DNA of 64,000 nt, taken from contig RDEW01000054.1 of the NCBI GenBank assembly GCA_011109175.1, forward strand, positions 61,382 to 125,381, in the 5' to 3' direction. The stretch's first letter is position 1; each line of letters starts with the position of its first letter. This stretch comes from Dicyema japonicum. Taxonomy: Eukaryota; Animalia; Dicyemida. Positions 12,600-24,284 of the stretch are shown here, in pieces. A model generated the notes under the pieces. The model worked only from the letters and a program-made list of their open reading frames with translations, did no database searches and was not told the origin of the DNA. A program made the position numbers and the translations under genes.

Positions 12600-15497
12600 T
12601 TAATTAGCTAATCTCCTCTTCTTGGGGCCAACGTCAATTGTCAGTATAGGTGTGTTTTCGTTGTCGCACAATTCACATTCCGAGACTCCCCTAGATCGAC
12701 ATTCCTTATCAGCTTCCTCCTCATCAGGTATCGATACTCCATGTCTATCTTCAGCTTGCATGCTCTCCAACGTCTTTCTCAATACTAACGTTTGGATGTA
12801 CGCTTTCACCCTTTCCTCCAGTTTGAGGGCATCCAGATGGCCCTTGAAGAATCTCGAAACAATCCCATCCCAGGTAATGACTACAGGGATTATTTTTACC
12901 TTTGCGCGATGGATACATCCGAGTTCGTTCGCCAGTAAGTCATACTTATGGAACTTTTCCACCTCGACTTGCTTGAGGCAATTTTGGGACGTGATCCCAA
13001 TTTCAACGAGAGTAATCGTATTACGCACCTTATCATGAACGAAAATATCGGGTTTGTTATTCTGTACAGCCGTATCTGTACTAATCGTTGTGTCTACACG
13101 AATCTCCACAAATTCATTTGAGACAACAGATTGGACTGAGTGGGTCTTCAGTTTCTTAGTTTTTCTTATTCCATATTGACGGCAGAGGTGTAAGTGAATA
13201 CATCTGACCACCTCGTTATGCCGCCTGAGATACGAGCTATTCAGCATTCTCCCACATCTAGTTGCAAGGTGATCAACGGTCTTCTTTCCTGAGTTACAAT
13301 GTTTGCACTTGGCTTCTCCATTATCAAAAAACATGTTACGATCCTGAAGCAGACACAGCCTTCCTTCGGTTACAGGAGAATGATTTCCATGAACTAACCA
13401 CCCTGAGGATTCAGCAATATTCACTTCGGTATCTTTCAGACACTCAAATAGAATAGAGTGCAGCGATTTCTCTTCAATTTTTCCCAGTAGATATTCATGT
13501 TGTATTTCCATCAATTTCAACATTGTCTCCTTCACATTTTCAATGTTGTACTTTCTTGAGATGAATTTTACGATAGTGGCCATGTGTATTTTCTTTGAAT
13601 TAATGACCCGTAGAATTCCCGCTCTTCTTAGGCAGTAATTTGCCTTATGTTCCAAATCACTATAAAATTGGAGGAGCATTCTTTCTGCTTTGTTACTGAC
13701 TAACTCGAGGCCTCTTCCAAATTTATTTCTTGGCAGATAAAGTCTTTCTTTGTTTGCCGGTTGCAAGTGGATATGACTGTCCATAAGAATTCTGCGAATA
13801 TTTTTATCAATCTGTTCAAACTCTCCAGGTTCGATATCAATCAATCCAATGTAATAGTTGTAAAGGGAGATTGCATACTCATTCATAGCTTTAAACAGGT
13901 TCACTGAGTTTAAATCCGTCTTCGTCAAATTTTTGATCCGCTTAGATACTTCTCCATAGATTTTATTCATAATTTCTCCTTTAAGAACATTGCTGTTCTT
14001 ATCTTCAAGAACTCCCAAATATCGGTATCCATCCAATCCATCAAGGAAACGAGCTTTCCCAGACAAGGACTTGACATTTGTTGCAGATTTGTCAAAGTTC
14101 CTCTCCAACCCGGATGCATCAAAAAACGAATCAACTTCTTCCATCATCATAACCATTGAATCACTTTTGTGAGAAAACAACTTTATATCGTCCATAAACA
14201 GAAGGTGATTAGTGGCATATGTTGGCTCTCCATTTCCCGGGCTTCCCATAGTTACTTTAGGAAATTTTCCATTCAATATTCGGCTAAGGGGGTCCATTAA
14301 CAAAGCAAAGATCTGTGGCGAAAGAGAGTCCCCCTGTAGAATTCCTCTTCTTATTCTAATCTCCCCCAACACTTTTCCTTCCAAATTCAGTCGTATCTTC
14401 CATTTCCCAACAAGTTTCGTGATAAAACTCACAATCCAGAAAGGCAGGCCAGAATTCTGGAGCACTTCGCCCAAAAGCTCGTGGTCAACGGAATCAAATG
14501 CTTTTTTAACATCGATCCAGGTAGAACATAAGTTACTTCCATTTCTTTGATTTAAATATTGGTTCACCAAAGCTTGTTCTTTGGCTCCTTGACACATCCT
14601 CCGAGTTCCCAATTGATTATCACTTAAGAGATCGTACGATTCAATATATTCAGATAATTTCTTGTTCACACACTTTGTCAATAGTTTATAGAGATTAGGC
14701 ATACAAGTAATTGGTCTTAACTCCTTGGGTGAATTACATACGTCCACTTTTGGTATAAGATGTGTTATCCCCGTGTAGAACCAATCACCAGGCGTATATT
14801 CATCATTTATGATCTTCTGAATCTCCTCGCAAAGATGTTCATGAATCGAAGTAAAACTTTTGATAAAGAAGTTATAAACTCCGTCGCACCCAGACGCTTT
14901 CCAATTTGGAAGCATCTTGATAGTATCGACGATCGCTTCCTTTGTAAAATCGGCATAAGAATTTTCAGATCCAGTCACTCTCTTGTTCAACAAGAATTTG
15001 CTCTCCTTTCGATCACTCTCATTCCAAATGGTTGTCCAAAAAGGTAGACATTCCCCTTCATCGAAATTCAGCACTCCCTTCTTATTATCTCCACTAATAT
15101 TTCTGTAGAACCGCCTTCTATTCAACTCGAAGCACCAATTGGCTCTTCTAAATCCCTTTCTTGATTCATAAATTCTCAATTTCTTCTCAATTATCTTGAT
15201 TTGATCACGGACATAGGAAGCAATTCTCTCAAATTCTCCCCTCTTCGATTTCTTAAATCCATATGAACATAGAGTATTGCGCACTTCTTCATCAAATTGC
15301 TTCTTCCCGTTCATTCCACTAGCCATTTGAATTTGCTCAAGTTGTTTCCTAAGTTTAGTGATTTTTCCTTTCATGGACTCTTCCCAATTACTTTTAGTGC
15401 TATTCCTCCTGGTAAGACTTTCATAGGTGCACTGCCCAGCATATATGATATCTGTGATATCATTGATATCCAAATTAGGCAAGGAATCTATAGCCAT
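12600..15497 (-). CDS. R4/Dong-like non-LTR retrotransposon ORF (RT, CCHC knuckle, REL endonuclease), uninterrupted 965 aa
   Basis: ILQGDSLSPQIF and HLLFMDD (RT); CKHC...TVDHLATRC (CCHC); RHNEVVRCIH, NKPDIF...VEIGIT...EKFHKY (PD-(D/E)xK REL). Lacks the Myb-like N-terminus seen in the neighbouring copy. Confidence 0.95.
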   Translation of the reverse strand: MAIDSLPNLDINDITDIIYAGQCTYESLTRRNSTKSNWEESMKGKITKLRKQLEQIQMASGMNGKKQFDEEVRNTLCSYGFKKSKRGEFERIASYVRDQIKIIEKKLRIYESRKGFRRANWCFELNRRRFYRNISGDNKKGVLNFDEGECLPFWTTIWNESDRKESKFLLNKRVTGSENSYADFTKEAIVDTIKMLPNWKASGCDGVYNFFIKSFTSIHEHLCEEIQKIINDEYTPGDWFYTGITHLIPKVDVCNSPKELRPITCMPNLYKLLTKCVNKKLSEYIESYDLLSDNQLGTRRMCQGAKEQALVNQYLNQRNGSNLCSTWIDVKKAFDSVDHELLGEVLQNSGLPFWIVSFITKLVGKWKIRLNLEGKVLGEIRIRRGILQGDSLSPQIFALLMDPLSRILNGKFPKVTMGSPGNGEPTYATNHLLFMDDIKLFSHKSDSMVMMMEEVDSFFDASGLERNFDKSATNVKSLSGKARFLDGLDGYRYLGVLEDKNSNVLKGEIMNKIYGEVSKRIKNLTKTDLNSVNLFKAMNEYAISLYNYYIGLIDIEPGEFEQIDKNIRRILMDSHIHLQPANKERLYLPRNKFGRGLELVSNKAERMLLQFYSDLEHKANYCLRRAGILRVINSKKIHMATIVKFISRKYNIENVKETMLKLMEIQHEYLLGKIEEKSLHSILFECLKDTEVNIAESSGWLVHGNHSPVTEGRLCLLQDRNMFFDNGEAKCKHCNSGKKTVDHLATRCGRMLNSSYLRRHNEVVRCIHLHLCRQYGIRKTKKLKTHSVQSVVSNEFVEIRVDTTISTDTAVQNNKPDIFVHDKVRNTITLVEIGITSQNCLKQVEVEKFHKYDLLANELGCIHRAKVKIIPVVITWDGIVSRFFKGHLDALKLEERVKAYIQTLVLRKTLESMQAEDRHGVSIPDEEEADKECRSRGVSECELCDNENTPILTIDVGPKKRRLAN

Positions 15498-17099
15498 ATA
15501 AAAAACTTAAGTCCTTCTACTACTTCAATCTGGATAAAGAGGTCGACAAGATTATCAACCTTATGGTAGTTGTGGTGATGTAATGTAGGACAAAAATAAA
15601 ATTGACAAGGATGGGAGTATCCAAAGATTGGCAGTGGAGTTCAAGGAAATGAGACACGTGGCTGCTAACGCTATGTATGAAGAGAAAACGGAAAATGTTG
15701 AATATTCAAATCAAAAGTCTGTCCTGTTAGTTTCAGAGACAAAAGTGATGTGGTCGATTGTCGTTAGTATCCTCTCAACAGGAGCTATCATGATGTGGTT
15801 TATTATAAGGAATGTCAATAACAATCTCAACCAAATTGACTCTGTCCAATTGCTAGAAGCCTCTAAAAGACTGTGATGGGTCAGTTTATTTTTCTATTGA
15901 ATAAAAAAGTATTTCTTTGTTACGTGTTCTAGGAATTATGGTCTGCTCAGTAGGCCTTTGGAATATTATATTGCTTATCATCACGTAGATGATCTCCAAT
16001 TTTTGGATTGGTGGAAATCGAATTCAGGTGCTTTGTGCCGCCGATGCTGTTAGAACTCTTCAAGTGTCTCCCTAGTAGTAATTTCGTTCTCTGGAAAGGA
16101 TGCGAAGTAGATATCTTTTGGAAATATATAGTCCTTTTGGTACAGTTACAAAATGGAGGGACAAGATCCACCAAGCATAAATGGACAAATATATGGAGAA
16201 TAAAAAGAATAACATTTTTATTAAAGACTAAGACATTGCGATAGTTATGGGGGTGTACCCCCTCTAGCTTCAACCCTGAATGAACTTGTCATCCACTTTG
16301 GTTCTCAGGCGAAAACCCTCTATCCGTTCTACTACCGCTCTTTACTGAGTTGATCAGGGTTTTCTCCTTTTCTACGAGGGACCAGCTTTATTACCATCAT
16401 CCTCGTTTGTCCAAAAGGTTGATTATTCTTTCTCTTGGACGATAAATACCATCCTTCACATTCGTTGATGTGAAGAGCAGAATAATTTTTTCACAATAAA
16501 GATAAATGTCTCCTTCTAATCGAGTTTTCGTGACGCAGAAGTGCTCTTTCTTCTTCATTTTGACGCCTTCACCATAAATTCCTCTAGATCCAAAACAGAC
16601 ACTCAAATAATGCAGATAATCAACATTGCTGATACCACTCTGTGTACTTCTGTTGGAAATATTTCTATAGTGTGAAATTCTCACGGCTTTCGACTTTTCT
16701 ATTGAGAAACTTTAGCCCAGGATTTACACCACCAGAGAATTTCTTCCAAAAATTTACGTAATCATCCCTCAGACACCACCGGACTTTTCGAGCCGGATTT
16801 CCTCAGTATAATTCAAACTTTACTCGCAATTCACGAATTGGCCAGAGTGTTAAAACAATGAATCTTTCCAAACGCAGGATTTCAATAGAGACTACTAGTG
16901 AGTCTGTCATATCCACTTGCTGGGCAGTTGCTTCCAGCCAATACTTTTCATCACTTCGATTAGGAATATCTTTAGCGTCTTCAAAGGACTTTCCAACACA
17001 TTGTTCAGGTATTTCCTTTTCAACAATATTTTTTTTATATATACCAACACGTGTGCTCATGATAACCCCCAAGACCACTTAGTCTATTAGTCGAAGGTT

Positions 17100-17700
17100 G
17101 AGTTGGTGCACTATGACATTAACGTCTTACCTATCGCTTCCTTCTTAATGTACTGAAGTACACAAGAGTTTAGGCAGTTCACCTTCAAACATTAGTGCAG
17201 TCACCTAAATGTCACCAGAACATCCATTCTTGATACGGAATTTCATAAACATCCACGTCAGAATGACAGTGACCGTATAATAATAGCACCAGAGACCACG
17301 GTTACACGAACTAACTAATCACGCAGCTCTAGCAGAGACCTCAACTTGGCCCGACTCGACCAAACATAAGAACGTATCGGGCGAATGACTGGATTTTTGT
17401 AGTCACGGCGGCACGTTACACGGTTCATGCGTATCATGGATTCTAGAGGAAATCCGTCATAAATAAATTGAATAGTAAAGGAGACAAAGGGAATCCTTGG
17501 GTAACAACATTCTAAAGAAGCCTGGAAATAGATCTCGATGTGCAACGCGAACGCGTCCCATCGACAGTTCCAATATTTTGCCCCTTATTCCATTGACGTT
17601 TAATTGTAGAACCTTAGTCCGTTTCTTACGGTGGGCTAGGGGTTCCTTCCGGGTTGCTGAAAGTGTGTGCCGCCGGAGAGAAGGTATTCCTTAATGGTTC
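17100..17700 (-). mobile_element. Decayed 5' part (APE start) of an I/Jockey-group LINE
   Basis: KVLQLNVNGIRGKILEL near 17560-17610 matches RIVQLNINGIKNKILEL at 19009; the rest is degraded. Confidence 0.5.
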
Positions 17701-18904
17701 TCTTTGAGAAACAATAGGGTGCCCTCCGGGTGTTACCAATACTTACAGAATTGGTGAATCACATAACGCCACGCTAAAAAATTAAATACTTTTATTAATT
17801 CTGACGCATATTGAAGATACACAGACCGCAACGACCGAAAAAGTTTGTTTTATAAATAATAAATTAATAATAATAAATAAATGAATTTTAAATTAACATT
17901 TCAGTCGAGCATGTGGTCGGTTTTATATAGAAGACTGAACGACGCCGCATTCATTGGAAGGATGCAAAAATACTGTCTAATCAATGAATCAGACGAGTAC
18001 TATATTCGTGTAATTAATAAATACAAGCAGTTATGTTATCTTCTTACCCACGTGGATACCAAAGATGTTGAATGTTTGTATTTCCCTAATGAGGCTGACT
18101 AGTAATGCTGGGATTATTTCAGGAAAATGAAATTTCATTCTGACGAGGGGAACATGAATACCGGAAAAGCCGAAATATTTAAAAACTCTACAAATAGATT
18201 TGATGACTATTTCTTAGTTACAAAGTAATTATACAGCGATACAAATAAAACGGAACACTCATTTTCTCGATTTTTTTATTGAATGATTAATTTTTTTAAA
18301 AAATAGAATTTTAAAAATACAAACTTAACTTTAGCCTTTTAAAAAAATTAAAACGCCCAATATTTTGGTACGTAATTAAATCCAGTTTTTTTCGAACAAA
18401 ATAAAAAAAAGAACAAAAAAATTCTCTAATTTTTCCAAAGTTTTTTGAACCCATTAATATTTTATTACACGTGTGTTTTTTGTTTCATGGTTCTACAACT
18501 TACATACCAAGAAAAGGAGAAATTATTGCTTATTATAAAGTTGTAAGTCATATCGACAAATTCGAAATCTTACCGAAAGATCCCTCAGTGCTATCTCGAG
18601 AGTCATCAAAAACTTCACTATGAATGATTCCTTCGAGAGAAAAAAGGCTCAGGGCGAAGATTTTCCTTAACTCTGATGATCTCGAAATAATTGAACGTGA
18701 ATGAAAAGTGATTTCAATTTTGTAAAATGTTCGGAAATATCTGAAACGGGAACTGTTGTCACATCAAAGACAGTGAGGAACTACCTGAAAAGACTGAATA
18801 TATCGACGTTTCAGCCTACGAAAAGGCCATATCTATCGAAAAAACACAAAACGCCGAGACTTTCTCAATGCACAAAGTAGAACATGAAAAATGTCATGTG
18901 GCTC

Positions 18905-21265
18905 GCCGACGACGTGGTGACATTTGAAAAAAAAGAACCACACTTTCCCCTATCAATAAGGAAGGCCTGCGCCGCTGCGGAGACGTTGAGGCAAACCCTG
19001 GACCAGCCAGAATAGTCCAACTGAACATAAATGGAATCAAGAACAAAATACTCGAACTACTGACATTTGTGAAAGAAAATCACATTGATCTGTTGCTAAT
19101 TCAAGAGTCTAATCTTTCTCCAAAGAATTCAACACCAGTATTTCCGGATTCACAGTAATTCGCCGTGAGAGAATTGGCAAACTTGGTGGGGGTCTTCTCA
19201 TAGTTATCCGCAACGGCATTCCGTTTGAGGACTTAACTAACAGTGCTTACACTATGCTTAAGAGATATGAAATCTCGAACTTTTGGTTACCAAAATACGA
19301 TTCCCAAGACTATCAATAATAACAATTATTACTATCAATAATAATTGTCAACGCACATCTCCCACCGCTGAGTTCCTGCTCGTCCAGTGCCCCCAGACTC
19401 ACTCCACTCGCATCACTAAAGGATGTGATTATCTGTGGTGACTTCAATGCGAAGCACCCACTGTGGGTGACAGGACAAACTTACGACAAAAGAGGAAGAT
19501 GATAATTGAGGACCTACACAGCCTATGTATACTCAATGATCTGCATCTCATACAAGAACACCTACTCGACGTAATGATAAACCTTCTTCTATCGACATCT
19601 CATTGTCATCACCGTTCTTGGCCACACTTATTGACTGGTCAGTGAAGTATGACACCAGGAGTGACCACAACCCAATATTTTTGAAGGTCAAAACAAAATC
19701 ACGGATAAAAGGACAATGCCCAACAATAACTAACTACAGCCTTGCGAATTGGAAAGGATTCAAGGAATACGTCGATAATTGTATTGGACTATTAAATTTC
19801 CCCACTTTTCCCTCCGTCAAACAATTAGTGAAATGGTTCAACCATTATAAACGATGCGAAAAAGAAGTACATTCCTATGGGGAGACAACCAATGTCATCA
19901 AAACGTTTCAACACAACGACGAAACGTCTGATCAGAGAACGAAATAATCTAAAGATGGTAAAATTGACAACAGAAGAGAACATTAGGAAAATACGAGAAT
20001 TGAACAGAGAGATCGACAACAACATAAAGACAGAAAATGCAAATAGATGGACGAGACTATCGAAAGCTCTCTAAAACCCCCCCCCCACGCAGAGAGTGTG
20101 GAAGTGGATCAAAAACATCAAAAGATCTTCCCCAGAGAGAAAAGTCGAAGTCTACATAAAATCAGACACTCTGATAAAATATTACACGTCTATCTCCTAC
20201 AAAAATTTTCAAAAGAACACCAAGTATTCCTGAAAAAGATTGAACCGAAACGCTCCGATGACTGGATCCTATTTACTAGTCAGGATGTTCGCAGAGCCAT
20301 ATCTAAGGCCAACAACTCAGAGGCCAAAGGACCAGACAACATAACCACATGTGAACTGAAGCACCTAGGCCATCGAGCCCTGGAACTATTAGCCTATATA
20401 TTCAACCTATCCATTAACACAAATACAATCCCTGAAATATGGAAGAAGTCTCTAATCAGACCTATCCGAAAACCCAACAAACCAATAGATCATCTTCCTA
20501 GGCCCAATATCTATTCTAAGTCCGGTCTCAAGGATCCTTGAAAGGCTTGTTTTGGAAAAAATACAAGACTCAATCTCAATACCTCCGACCCAGCACGGAT
20601 TTCGGGATAACCATTCGACAACAACACACCTTACAACCCTCACACAATTCATTGAGGAAGGATTTAACTTTCCCAAACCCCATCAGAGGACAGTACTTAT
20701 ATCCGTGGACATCACAAAAGCGTTCGACTCAGTCCCTAAGAAACTCCTCTCACCTTTATCCGGCATGTTGAAAACAAAGTAACTTCTGCTCTGAAAAAAT
20801 GAGAATTTTAAAAGTGCTCTCAAAAACACTTAGAGACCAAACTGGTGTCCTTGCCACGATTTACAAACAATTTATCCGACCAACGATGACGTATGCAAGT
20901 CCTTCATGGGCAATGCAGATTTCACGATCTTCCTCATTGAAATTATCCGCAATCGAGGAGACTGCAATAAAGTTAACTGGACCAGATCACAATATCCAAC
21001 CCATTGAAAACTTTTTAATCGAACTACAACGGAAACTATTAAAGGAGGCTATTCTAACGAGCTGCCCTCTATTCCAAATACTATCGAATTATCTAAATCA
21101 TACAGAAATTTTGAGCCGATGCCATGTCCAATGAAGAGCTGTATGGATTCTCGACCCCGCCGGACTCGTCCTCACCTTTGTCCGTCGGGGATCACTTAGT
21201 TAGATGAGAACTTTTTATTTCTTTCTCTTTGACCCAGTGATCCTGGAGGTAATAATAATAACAAC
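18905..21265 (+). mobile_element. I/Jockey-group LINE with 2A peptide, APE and partial RT (pseudogenised)
   Basis: APE motifs QLNING, LIQES, GGGLL, GDFNA, SDHNPI; RT motifs QHGFR...HQRTVLISVDITKAFDSV; ends PSGIT* (21182-21199) and has an (AAT)n tail near 21250. Confidence 0.9.
18964..19005 (+). other. 2A/StopGo ribosome-skipping peptide (GLRRCGDVEANPG|P)
   Basis: GGA GAC GTT GAG GCA AAC CCT GGA CCA encodes G-D-V-E-A-N-P-G-P, in frame with and one residue before the APE start ARIVQLNING. Confidence 0.85.
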
Positions 21266-21433
21266 GAAGAATTTATTGTGCTGGAAATCATTTGGAAAAT
21301 TTGTTTGGAGAAAGATGGAAGAAAGGCTTTTAAACAAAAATGTTACCACAACAGTGAAGTTTGGAAATGGGAACGTAATGGTTTGGGGAGCATCGGAATG
21401 TTTTTCGGAACTTGTGTGGATAAAAGTAATTAT

Positions 21434-23497
21434 TAGGGCAAGTTGTTTCTAGCAGTTAAAAAATTTTTTTAGCGCTAAAAAATCACAAAATCTAGCAATT
21501 ATAATTATAAAAGTTAGCACTTAAAATGATAAAATCTAGCATTTAAAATTGTAAAATCTATAACTTAAAATAATAAAATATAACATTTAAATTTTATTTA
21601 TTGTAATTTAATAAAAAGTAATGCTTGATATTGTCTGGATGGAAGTTCCTATCCTTTTTTAAAATATTTTTTAGCATTTTAATAGCTCTTTCAACAGATG
21701 CAGAGGATGCCTGACAGCGTGTAAGAGAAAAATAATCTTGTTGGCTAATTTTTGGTTCAGTCATTTCAATAATAGGTTTAAATCCATTTGCCTCCATTCT
21801 TTTATTTATATAATTTTTAATATTTGCCTTGTCATTGTCAAAATGTAGTCCTTGTATATCATAATATGCCCGATTGATTGAGTAGTCACAACACTCCCAA
21901 AGTTTAAGAAGATCTACTATTTGCGAATAATTTAATATGATTTCTGTTAATTGAAACTTAATATCCGGATTGTTGACATTATGCTTAGCATTTGATACTA
22001 AAACTCCATCTGACTGAAATGCGTTAACAATTTCAAAATTCATGAAATAATATTTCACTGCTTGAAACCAACTTCCCAATCTGCATAAATTAAGCAAAAG
22101 AATACCTAGTAACTACCACATCAGGTGGGTATCCAACATCCTTGAACAAATTACGACGTTTTCGGTTTTTTACTGTAGCAGCTTTAATGCTTGCAATTAA
22201 GCCATCTATTTCCGGATATGCACACTTAATACGTAAAATCGTGTAACAAATGAGAAACACACGTCACATGATGCATGTTGTTATGACCATTAATGTTTTA
22301 CCACCTATTTATTTAAATAAATTTATATCACCAGAAATCATATAAGGGCATCTGAAATTAGTAGATAAAAATTGTCACGAATAATCTTCATTTCTCTAAT
22401 GACGTCATCTATTAATTGGCAGATGATAGCAGCAGTGGCATGATTTTCCAGTGTTTTGCATTCAACCAAATAGGATTTTGTTGGAAAGCGAATGCTTCCA
22501 ATTAGAATCACTACAAAACTTTTCCTTCGGATATCTGTTTCATCAATTATTATAAAAATCATTTCGTTTATAAAAGTTAAAAATAAATTTTAATACGTTA
22601 ATAATTTTGTCAACTCATTTATCTTTTTTTCTGCAAGAAACTTGACCGCAGTTCTGCATGAAAATTCGGACGGAATGTTAATTTTAAATGTTTTAAACAT
22701 TTTTTTGATTGAATCGTTATTTAATTTGTGCAGCGGGATGTTTGCTTGTACAAAAGCTTCCGTGATCGTTTCATTAACCGAATCTACTTGGATTGATTCA
22801 GTTAATGTTGTTTGAACTGAATTACATGAATGACCTACATTTGTATTAACAAATTTATACGCATATTGTTCTTATGTTTTAAAGAATAACGATGAGAATC
22901 AACTGAAATTTTTTTTGAACAGTTGACTTTGGATAAACAAAGAGAACAAAATAGAAGGCCATCGTCAGCGATACAGATCTCATCTTTGAATTCCGAGACT
23001 ATACGCTTAGCTTTCTTAAGCAACGAACACTTGGGTTTTGGCATCACTAAAATACTATATACGTGCTAAATTATTTTATTTTCATTTTATTTCATTTTAT
23101 TTAAAATTTTTAAATCTAAAAAAAAATTAGCATTTAAAAAAAAGTTAGCATTTAAAATTAAAAAAAGCACTATATGGCATTTATAATGTATGTTCTTTTT
23201 TTTAAAGCCTTTTCACGAGAGCCATAGTATTTTATAGCTCCGCATAGGCAGGACACACACTTTATTTAAGTAAAGAACAGTTAATTTTAACTAATCGTAG
23301 AACCAAGGAATGATCTTCACTTCTTTTTTTTCTTTTTCTTGTGTGAGTGTCCTTTCTAGACAATCCAGTTCCGCAGTGAGTATTCACTGATGCGTCACTC
23401 GTTCTTTTTTAACAAAATTAAAAAATAATTATTCCAAATTCAATATTAAAATAAGTATAAAAAATAAAAATAGCATTTTAGCACTTAAATTGCCCTA
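21434..23497 (-). mobile_element. hAT transposon (CGGBP1/DUF659-like transposase, broken ORF)
   Basis: TAGGGCAA...TTGCCCTA termini with a perfect 8-bp TSD GTAATTAT (21426-21433, 23498-23505); LFCSLCLSKV...HRYSLKH finger, IIIDET, LLISDA and ASSASVERA dimerisation motif. Confidence 0.9.
23207..23400. repeat. Dispersed ~200-nt repeat, copy B, inside the hAT element
   Basis: Homologous to copy A; flanked by the near-direct repeat GTTCTTTTTT(TT)AA (23192-23205 and 23401-23412), suggesting a TSD. Confidence 0.65.
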
Positions 23498-24284
23498 GTA
23501 ATTATGAATGGGAACTTATACGTAAGCGTCTTGACGGATAATTTGTTGCCTTTTTTGGAGAAAACAGGAATCCGGTCTCCAATTTTTCAGCAATGATGCA
23601 AAGCACGGAGTTTTTTCAATGAACACGGAGTTGAGTTATTACAATGGCCCCCTCAAAGTCCCGATTTGAATCCAATCGAAAATGTGTAGGCCTTCATGAA
23701 ACAAAAAATATGCAGAACCAAATTTAACAAAAAGAGTGACCTATTTGAAGAAATGAAAAAGATTAGGAACGATCTCCCGATAGAATATGCGAAATCGCTT
23801 GTTGGATCAATGCGGAGTAGAATTTTAGAAGCAACAAATTCTCAAAGGGGTTATACTAAATTTTGAACTATTTTTGTTCTCTTTTTTATTTTGTTTGAAA
23901 AAAATTGGGTTTAAATACTTACCAAAATCTTTGACGTTTGGATTTTTGTAAATGGCAAAAGTTAAGCGTATTTCTCGAGATCGTCACAGAGTACTTTCCT
24001 TGTCCAATCTTTCGATATTCCGCGTGATTTAAACATTCCTAGCCTGAGCTCTCGATTGTGTAAATCTGTTGAGTAAGATTGTGTTATCAATCTCAGAGAA
24101 TTGATGGGAGTAGTTTATTGATTGTAAGATTTCCTTTATAAGGTCAATAATTAATATGTTAGGGGTATCAGATTTTGGTTTATACCAGAAAATTGATGAT
24201 TCTTTTTTAATGTGAATTGATTCACCAACATCGACAAGAAATCGAATTTTTTATTTAAATATTTTTTTTAAACAAAATAATTTT

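Larger units (their letters stand above)
18320..23968 (+). mobile_element. Tc1-family transposon with ~105-bp imperfect TIRs, split by two insertions
   Basis: 18320-18425 is an imperfect inverted repeat of 23865-23968, each bounded by TA; transposase pieces KTVRNYLKR...KRPYLSKKHK (18770-18860), TVKFGNGNVMVWG (21340-21390) and WPPQSPDLNPIENV (23645-23690). Confidence 0.8.

Noticed and set aside
12622-14550. Plus-strand ORFs antisense to the R4-like ORF (and similar antisense ORFs at 9046-9309, 43728-45214, 59242-59757, 61649-62045)
   Set aside because: They are shadow ORFs opposite real coding sequence and have no domain signal.
15628-17078. Several 80-110 aa ORFs, possibly an LTR-element remnant or host gene
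   Set aside because: No diagnostic motif could be identified with confidence.
17630-17690. Possible decayed 2A (LRRHTLSA.P) upstream of the second APE start
   Set aside because: Needs an indel and several substitutions, and the D-x-E core is absent; only a family consensus could rescue it. An HDV-like ribozyme fold tried just upstream also failed (no proper L3/P1.1).
18140-18180. Hammerhead-like core CTGACGAG...CCGAAA
   Set aside because: Stems I and III do not pair convincingly, no Penelope-type ORF is adjacent, the segment is also an open reading frame, and such a match is expected by chance in a window this size.
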